Both the position numbers and the translations under genes were made by a program. A DNA stretch of 64,000 nt from Candidatus Kaiserbacteria bacterium (GTDB lineage: Bacteria > Patescibacteriota > Minisyncoccia > Phycocordibacterales > UBA918), in NCBI GenBank assembly GCA_019634005.1, contig JAHQWD010000003.1:240539-304538 (forward strand), written 5' to 3'. This document shows positions 58,703 to 64,000 of this stretch, piece by piece; the first letter of the stretch is position 1, and every line of letters starts with the position of its first letter. The notes below the pieces were generated by a model that made no database searches, was not told where the DNA came from, and saw only the letters and a program-made list of their open reading frames with translations.

Positions 58703-58942
58703 GTGATGATCATAGAAACGTCTAAAGAGTATGTTGGCAAAATAACCGCCATTAAGGGGGCTCGGTCAAGGTATGCTGTCGTTGATGTACCAGGGTTCCA
58801 AGGTTCAGTAACCTTTACTTTGACTAATAAAGTCTGGAAAGGCAGTACTCCCCCAAACGATGGAATCTACGTGATCCTATCGGAGCTGGAGGAAAACAAT
58901 GGGCGCTGGAGAGCCCAGAGCGCTCGTCCGAAGGACGAGTAA
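58703..58942 (+). CDS. hypothetical protein
   Basis: 79 aa; AAAGGAGG SD; ATG at 58706. Confidence 0.35.
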   Translation: MMIIETSKEYVGKITAIKGARSRYAVVDVPGFQGSVTFTLTNKVWKGSTPPNDGIYVILSELEENNGRWRAQSARPKDE

Positions 58943-58972
58943 TAGTAATATAGAAATGAAAGGAACGAAGCA

Positions 58973-59701
58973 ATGAAAAAGCTTCTCGTGACTACTACCC
59001 TGCTGGCAACAGCAGTATCTCTGCCAGCAACCGCTGGCGCCACCATAACCACCAAGGTGCTCGACAAATATCTCGGCACCAACGGTGCCGTCTTCCACAG
59101 CGGGACGGTCGTGCAGTCTGACATCTTTGTCACCCTCGGCGGCGGTTTTTATACCGACGTGTGGGTGTCCTATGCCGCCCAAGGTAGTTGGCAATCCACC
59201 TTCGGCGACGAAGTCGACCTGACCCTCGGGTGGGCCGATACTGTCGGTGCGTTTAATGTTGACGTAGGCGCAGCCTACTTCAACATCGCTGACGATGGCA
59301 CGGGGATGGGTGACGTGCTTCAATTCTACCTGACCGTCGACCACCCGATCAAGGTCGGGAGGTCGACAGTCTCACCGTTCGTACGAGCTGAAGTCTATAC
59401 CTCATCGAAGTCGGGCGACAACCCCGACAACGGCCAGTTTTTCCGCGGTGGCGTGATGTATTCGACTCCGCTTGCCGAAAAGTGGGGCCTCAGCGGGAAG
59501 GCTCAGGTGTCCTACGACACAGGCGCTTTCGGTTTCACACCCGGCACCTTTGCCGACGTGGACGCAAAGGTCACCTATGCGGTAACAGAGAGTTTCTCAA
59601 TCTCGGCATACGGGAAAATCTCAACGCCGATCTCGACGAAAGCCAGCGACACGCGGTCTACCGAGACAGCGTTTGGCATGATCACCTCCTGGTCTTTCTA
59701 A
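58973..59701 (+). CDS. secreted putative beta-barrel protein
   Basis: signal peptide (LLATAVSLPATAGA), alternating hydrophobic beta-strand pattern, C-terminal ...TSWSF aromatic terminus; noticeably GC-rich. Confidence 0.5.
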   Translation: MKKLLVTTTLLATAVSLPATAGATITTKVLDKYLGTNGAVFHSGTVVQSDIFVTLGGGFYTDVWVSYAAQGSWQSTFGDEVDLTLGWADTVGAFNVDVGAAYFNIADDGTGMGDVLQFYLTVDHPIKVGRSTVSPFVRAEVYTSSKSGDNPDNGQFFRGGVMYSTPLAEKWGLSGKAQVSYDTGAFGFTPGTFADVDAKVTYAVTESFSISAYGKISTPISTKASDTRSTETAFGMITSWSF

Positions 59702-59725
59702 GAGGAACAGCACGTTCCTCTCTTG

Positions 59726-59755
59726 GCGCCCCAACACCTCGTTGGGGCGCTTTTT
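59726..59755 (+). terminator. rho-independent terminator
   Basis: gcgccccaac-acctc-gttggggcgc followed by ttttt. Confidence 0.65.
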
Positions 59756-59814
59756 CATACCTGTTTATAACGTCGATTGACCCTTCTGGGTGGTACTATA
59801 ATGAATATGTAGGG

Positions 59815-59843
59815 TTTTGACACAACTTTCATTGTTGTCAAAA
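59815..59843. promoter_or_regulatory. inverted repeat TTTTGACA-N13-TGTCAAAA (possible operator)
   Basis: 8 bp arms, 30 nt upstream of the 59873 ORF; each arm contains TTGACA. Confidence 0.3.
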
Positions 59844-59872
59844 CACGTTTTATACAATTAACCTTAGCTGCT

Positions 59873-60256
59873 ATGGAACTTACAATGATGCTTGCTTCAT
59901 ACATCGGACCAGTCGTGCTTGTGCTCGGCCTTGGATTCCTTGTAAGCAAGGACTACTATCGCAAGGTGTACAAGCGCCTTGATGACGAGACACTTGCGAT
60001 GTACATGATTACTATCCTTATGCTCGTATTTGGTCTCTTTGTGGTAATGAATCACAATCTCTGGGGATCACTTGAGGAGGTAATTGTCTCACTCATCGGT
60101 TGGGGTACACTTATCAAAGGTATTATCCTTGGTATTGTGCCAAAACACTTCGAAAAGCTCGGAGAGAAGTGGGTTACACCTGGACTCATTAACGCATACG
60201 GCGTGATTATGATTGTTGTTGGTGCATACCTTACTTTGGGAGCATTTGGTGGATAA
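59873..60256 (+). CDS. hypothetical membrane protein
   Basis: 127 aa, 4 TM helices. Confidence 0.45.
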   Translation: MELTMMLASYIGPVVLVLGLGFLVSKDYYRKVYKRLDDETLAMYMITILMLVFGLFVVMNHNLWGSLEEVIVSLIGWGTLIKGIILGIVPKHFEKLGEKWVTPGLINAYGVIMIVVGAYLTLGAFGG

Positions 60257-60274
60257 ACTATCCATTTTTTCACA

Positions 60275-60304
60275 AAAACACCACCTTTGAGGTGGTGTTT
60301 TTGT
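60275..60304 (+). terminator. rho-independent terminator
   Basis: acaccacc-tttga-ggtggtgt followed by ttttgttt. Confidence 0.65.
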
Positions 60305-60384
60305 TTGACCCCTCCCCTCCTCTCGTGTATAACAGGAGACAGTTGAAAATTTTTTCTGATCTCAAAACGATGGAGGGTGAGATT

Positions 60385-60804
60385 ATGGATGGTCAGGGCA
60401 CAGTAACGAGAAACAGGGGCTCCCTGCGGGAGAATCTGGGATATGTGATCAGATTCACTGTCCTCAGATTTGAATTCTTCATGTTTTTTCTGAGTTCTGA
60501 AGGAAGATCGTGGATAACATACCTAGGTCTCCGAGAGGAGCGCTGGGAGCGAGACGGTCTGGAACCACTTGTGCATCTTCTTGTCGAAGAGCATTTGAAG
60601 ATCCCCTACATACTTGCATGGGTGAATCATCGTGGTTTCCACATTGACGGGAACGCAGCAAAGACCCGTAGGCCTATTAGGTTTTTTGGGCTTTATAAAA
60701 AAGTGCGGATGCGGGAACCTGTGAGTCTTGCCCAGATCGAAGGGGAACTCAGGAAAATCCTCAGCGCAATGCGGGCAGAGGCCTCTAAACTACACCGCAG
60801 CTAG
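60385..60804 (+). CDS. hypothetical protein
   Basis: about 140 aa; TTGACC-N17-TATAAC (TG-extended) promoter at 60304-60335; GAGGGTGAG SD before ATG 60385; terminator after the stop. Confidence 0.35.
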   Translation: MDGQGTVTRNRGSLRENLGYVIRFTVLRFEFFMFFLSSEGRSWITYLGLREERWERDGLEPLVHLLVEEHLKIPYILAWVNHRGFHIDGNAAKTRRPIRFFGLYKKVRMREPVSLAQIEGELRKILSAMRAEASKLHRS

Positions 60805-60811
60805 TCGGGAA

Positions 60812-60842
60812 GGGTCGTTCAATTCGGAACGACCCCTTTTTC
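60812..60842 (+). terminator. rho-independent terminator
   Basis: gggtcgttc-aattcg-gaacgaccc followed by cttttt. Confidence 0.65.
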
Positions 60843-60990
60843 ATATGCACATTCCTTCTTACACAATGCATGTTTGGCACTGTCCATATGCTACACTAAA
60901 AATAGGTCGATGGTGTATGAAAGACTCCGTTGCGCAGCCATTCATGCACACAAAAGAAGTACTTCTTTTATTCGCATAAATTTCAAAACT

Positions 60991-61209
60991 ATGATGAGAT
61001 TAAGCGGAATTGATTGGATTGCTATTGTCCTCGTCATTATCGGAGGATTGAACTGGGGACTTGTTGGAATCTTTGATTTCAACCTTGTAACCGCAATCTT
61101 CGGAGACATGTCTTCACTATCACGAGTTATCTATGCACTCGTTGGACTTTCTGCCCTCGTGCTTATCTACACCACATCAAAGATGCGTGGTGGAAATGGC
61201 ATGATGTAG
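60991..61209 (+). CDS. DUF378 family small membrane protein
   Basis: IGGLNWGLVGIFDFNLV signature; 72 aa. Confidence 0.7.
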   Translation: MMRLSGIDWIAIVLVIIGGLNWGLVGIFDFNLVTAIFGDMSSLSRVIYALVGLSALVLIYTTSKMRGGNGMM

Positions 61210-61246
61210 GATTCGTCCTTCTTTCACAACACATCTCTGATGTGTT

Positions 61247-61882
61247 GTGGCTAGAGCGTCGAAATATATGATGTATAAAATCCTTATCACCCTTATTGCC
61301 CTCGCTGTTCTCTGGACAGCCGTGAGCTATTTCTTTGAACGGAATATAGAAGAACCTGCGTATGAGGTACTTGAAGTCCGTGATGGTTACGAAATACGTA
61401 CCTATGAGCCGTACATAGTTGCGCAGGTGGATCTGCCAGACCTCCCCTACCAAGAGGCGCTTGGTGAAGGATTCACCATCCTTGCGGACTATATCTTTGG
61501 AAACAACGTTGCACAGCAAGAATTTGCGATGACCGCGCCCGTCTTCGTTGCAGAGGATGAATCTGAGGAACTTGCGATGACCGCCCCAGTATTTGTGGAG
61601 CCACAGACCATGTCCTTTGTCATGCCAAGTACGTATACATTAGAGACACTGCCGCTTCCCAAAGACGATCGCATAACACTCTTTGAAGTACCCGAACGAA
61701 CCGTTGCCGTACTTACCTTCTCTTGGTGGCGTACCGAGGCACGTGTGCGAGAGAAAGAAGCGCTTTTAAAGAGCTATCTTGAACGTGATGGAGAATCTGT
61801 CGGGAAGATAGAATACGCTGGATACAACGCTCCCTTTACCGCGCCATGGCTTAATCGGAATGAGATCCTCATAGAGATATGA
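61247..61882 (+). CDS. SOUL/HBP heme-binding family protein
   Basis: N-terminal TM then YEVLEVRDGYEIRTYEPYIVA pattern typical of SOUL. Confidence 0.7.
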   Translation: MARASKYMMYKILITLIALAVLWTAVSYFFERNIEEPAYEVLEVRDGYEIRTYEPYIVAQVDLPDLPYQEALGEGFTILADYIFGNNVAQQEFAMTAPVFVAEDESEELAMTAPVFVEPQTMSFVMPSTYTLETLPLPKDDRITLFEVPERTVAVLTFSWWRTEARVREKEALLKSYLERDGESVGKIEYAGYNAPFTAPWLNRNEILIEI

Positions 61883-62382
61883 AAAAGGTCACCGTGAACG
61901 ACACGATGCAGAAAGGTTACACCTATATCCTCAAAGAACCTGCAGGACGAAACTTTGCAAAAGATTTCAAACCAGATCTGACACCGAAAGAGATGCTAGA
62001 GCTTGGTGTCTTTGGAGGTAAATATATGACGGATTGTATAAAAGAGTTTCCAAAGAGCTGGTTTGCCCGCGCAAAACTCTCTCCCGAAAAACACGACGAT
62101 TCTCTGAACTATTTTGGTATTCACGCAAGTCAACCGCTCTCTGTTTGGAAAAAGAAAGGGTGGATATACAAGGAAGACCCACGAGGATGGTTTCAGTGGT
62201 ATTGTCGGTACTACATGGGACGTCGTATCCCAGAGGAAGACGAACGACAAATTAAGCGATGGCGGGCAATGAATCGACACATTGCTCAACTGCAAAATGG
62301 ATGTAGACGAGGAGATGAAGGATGTCAGCCGCGAAGACGACAGGCACTCCTCCACTGGGCATACGATAGTCGGAAGCTATGA
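61879..62382 (+). CDS. hypothetical conserved protein (DUF4385-like)
   Basis: GWFQWYCRYYMGRR motif; translationally coupled to the flanking genes. Confidence 0.4.
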   Translation: MKKVTVNDTMQKGYTYILKEPAGRNFAKDFKPDLTPKEMLELGVFGGKYMTDCIKEFPKSWFARAKLSPEKHDDSLNYFGIHASQPLSVWKKKGWIYKEDPRGWFQWYCRYYMGRRIPEEDERQIKRWRAMNRHIAQLQNGCRRGDEGCQPRRRQALLHWAYDSRKL

Positions 62383-63170
62383 AAAAATACGTCACGATAG
62401 AAAAGAAAGTTGGAGAGACACCGCTTGTTGCATTGGAGAAATACCGAAGTGCACACTCACACCTAGAGAGAGTACCGATGGCATATGCGGGACGCCTTGA
62501 TCCTATGGCTTCAGGGAGACTTCTCCTACTGATTGGAGAAGAGTGTAAACAGCAAGAGAAATATCATGGTTTGGATAAAGCATACGAGTTCTCTGTCCTC
62601 TTTGATGTTTCTTCTGATACTGGAGATGTGCTGGGGAGGCTTTCATATAGAGCTCCTTCTTCGATAGAGAGTCTCAAGGGGGTTGTAAAAAATGTAAAAG
62701 GAGATATTACGCTCCCCTACCCACACTTCTCTTCCAAGACTGTCGAAGGAAAGCCTCTCCATGTCTGGACTCTTGAAGGAAGAGTCGGAGAGATAGATAT
62801 ACCAACGTACACTGCCACGATCTATCAATTACGTTTACAAAATACTGAGACAAAGACTGGTGCGGAGATTGCAGACGAGGCACTCCAAAAAATTGAAACC
62901 ATTCCTCCCGTTACAGAAGAATCCAAGGCACTGGGGAGAGATTTCAGGCGGGATGATGTGCGCTCTGATTGGAAGGTATTTAGGGAAATGCATGGGAACG
63001 ATATTTATACTATCGCCCACTTCTCCTGTGTGTGCAGTAGCGGTGCGTATATGCGCACTCTCGCGGAAGAAATTGCAAAGAAAGTTGGTACTGAGGGGTT
63101 GGCGTATAGTATCCATCGGACGAAGATTGGGAGATATGTGGGGTTTGGGATATGGTCTAAAACGTATTGA
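62379..63170 (+). CDS. TruB-family pseudouridine synthase paralog
   Basis: IEKKVGETP... and AYAGRLDPMASGRLLLLIG catalytic-Asp motif. Confidence 0.65.
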   Translation: MKKYVTIEKKVGETPLVALEKYRSAHSHLERVPMAYAGRLDPMASGRLLLLIGEECKQQEKYHGLDKAYEFSVLFDVSSDTGDVLGRLSYRAPSSIESLKGVVKNVKGDITLPYPHFSSKTVEGKPLHVWTLEGRVGEIDIPTYTATIYQLRLQNTETKTGAEIADEALQKIETIPPVTEESKALGRDFRRDDVRSDWKVFREMHGNDIYTIAHFSCVCSSGAYMRTLAEEIAKKVGTEGLAYSIHRTKIGRYVGFGIWSKTY

Positions 63171-63204
63171 CTCCCCCACCACACTCTGCTATTATCCACC
63201 CACT

Positions 63205-63378
63205 ATGTCACAGGATAAACTCATACGAATGGTGTCTGAAGGCGACGAAAAAGGCGTTGGTAAAGGACATATCTACTATACGCGCAAGAATAAGAAGAAG
63301 CACGCGCAGACGAAATTTGAATTCAAGAAATTCAATCCCGTAGCAAAAACACACACTGTCTACAAGGAAAAGAAATAA
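63205..63378 (+). CDS. rpmG: 50S ribosomal protein L33 (Cys-less form), not in ORF track
   Basis: 57 aa; HIYYTRKNKKK...KFEFKKFNPVAKTHTVYKE matches the L33 core; no zinc-ribbon cysteines. Confidence 0.65.
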   Translation: MSQDKLIRMVSEGDEKGVGKGHIYYTRKNKKKHAQTKFEFKKFNPVAKTHTVYKEKK

Positions 63379-63406
63379 AAAAAGCGGCAATTGCCGCTTT
63401 TTTTTA
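63377..63406. terminator. bidirectional rho-independent terminator
   Basis: aaaaaa-agcggc-aatt-gccgct-tttttttt between rpmG (+) and fba (-). Confidence 0.65.
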
Positions 63407-64000
63407 TTTCACATCCTTCGTCTTATCGTATACACCCTTTTGGGCAAAAGAGTTCATGCGTGTTCTAAAGAGTAGCGCCTTTTGTGCCAATTCGATATTC
63501 TCTTCTTTCCCTTGCCAAGCGGTAAGTACAGGCTCCTCAAGCGCACGAGAGAATGAGGAAGAAATTGGCCATGGCTGTTCTCCTTTTTGTGCAATGGCAT
63601 TAAGGTTTTCAGTTGCACGCTTTGCGGTCTGGCCGCCCGAGAGGAATACGACCCCTCCGATATCATGTGGGATACTCAAATGAAACGCCCGAAGTGTTGC
63701 GTCTGCAACCTGCTCAGGTGTCGACTGCTCTTTATATTGGTCTCCTGCAAGCACCATGGAGGTCTTCAGTATCAGTCCCTTTAGATCCACCTTATACTGC
63801 CGCAGTGTTGCAAAAAGAATCTGAAGTGTACGCATACTTACCTCTTCTGCTCTCTGTATTGTGTGATCTCCTGCAAAGATAACTTCTGGCTCTACAATTG
63901 GCACAAGGTGTGCTCCTTGTGCAATCTGAGCATACCGTGCAAGCATGACCGCATTCATCTCTATACACGCATCAGTCGGTATATCTTCTGCGATTGTAAT
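63404..64000 (-). CDS. fba: class I fructose-bisphosphate aldolase, partial (N-terminus beyond window end)
   Basis: LKGLILKTSMV (class I LEGTLLKPNMV-like) and VVFLSGGQT motifs; ORF runs off the right edge. Confidence 0.8.
   Translation of the reverse strand: MTIAEDIPTDACIEMNAVMLARYAQIAQGAHLVPIVEPEVIFAGDHTIQRAEEVSMRTLQILFATLRQYKVDLKGLILKTSMVLAGDQYKEQSTPEQVADATLRAFHLSIPHDIGGVVFLSGGQTAKRATENLNAIAQKGEQPWPISSSFSRALEEPVLTAWQGKEENIELAQKALLFRTRMNSFAQKGVYDKTKDVK

Noticed and set aside
60292-60384. ORF-track start at 60292 for the 170-aa ORF
   Set aside because: The annotated start codon lies inside the upstream terminator hairpin and T-run. A promoter and SD downstream support ATG 60385 (or 60370) instead.
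60340-60810. Region between two terminators scanned for RNase P or tmRNA motifs
   Set aside because: Only weak partial resemblance was found (GGGGCUCC). No complementary 3' partner and no GGUUCGA-CCA end were present. The protein-coding reading with an SD is more parsimonious.
1-64000. CRISPR arrays, rRNA genes, transposase/integrase genes
   Set aside because: No regularly spaced direct repeats, no rRNA-like conserved stretches and no recombinase motifs were seen anywhere in the window.

Overview
This 64 kb window is a gene-dense, mostly housekeeping bacterial chromosome segment with mid-range GC by eye. It reads like a reduced-genome organism, possibly Patescibacteria/CPR-like (inference only). 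Core content includes ribosomal proteins L27, L9, L21 and a Cys-less L33, plus aminoacyl-tRNA synthetases (CysRS, ProRS, a class I LysRS). Replication and repair genes are DnaB, RecR, a PriA-like protein, a short HolB-like protein, RmuC, RadC and a PIF1-family helicase. Cell-envelope genes are a short dcw cluster (mraZ-rsmH-ftsL-ftsI-murF-NUDIX), mreBCD plus PBP2, a second MreB paralog, MurA, CtpA and RseP. Other features include GreA, Frr, Def-Fmt, HPF, Ca2+ transport genes (a P-type ATPase and a CaCA exchanger) and tRNA-Glu(CTC) and tRNA-Asn(GTT). No rRNA or CRISPR was seen. Three accessory-looking patches stand out. (1) A RadC / DUF336(GlcG-like) / PIF1 helicase operon adjoins a tRNA-Glu locus flanked by an ImmA/IrrE-like HExxH protein, small orphan proteins and an MmeI-family Type IIL restriction-modification enzyme. 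(2) An AT-rich block lies immediately 3' of tRNA-Asn (VOC, DUF1697, GtrA). (3) A GC-rich secreted beta-barrel-like protein. The most striking sequence-level signal is a recurring leaderless-type promoter, TGnTAnnnT followed 6-10 nt later by ATG (often TGCTAC[ACG]AT). It occurs in front of at least 11 genes and includes an identical 14-mer, GCTACAATACCTCT, directly preceding the ATGs of the PIF1 helicase and the PriA-like gene. The PriA-like protein itself appears to have lost Walker A, DExH and arginine-finger motifs. By contrast, the hypothetical gene just upstream of it uses a textbook TTGACA-N16-TATAAT promoter with an AGGAGG Shine-Dalgarno. All functional calls are from motif-level reading of the translated ORFs; no database search was possible.
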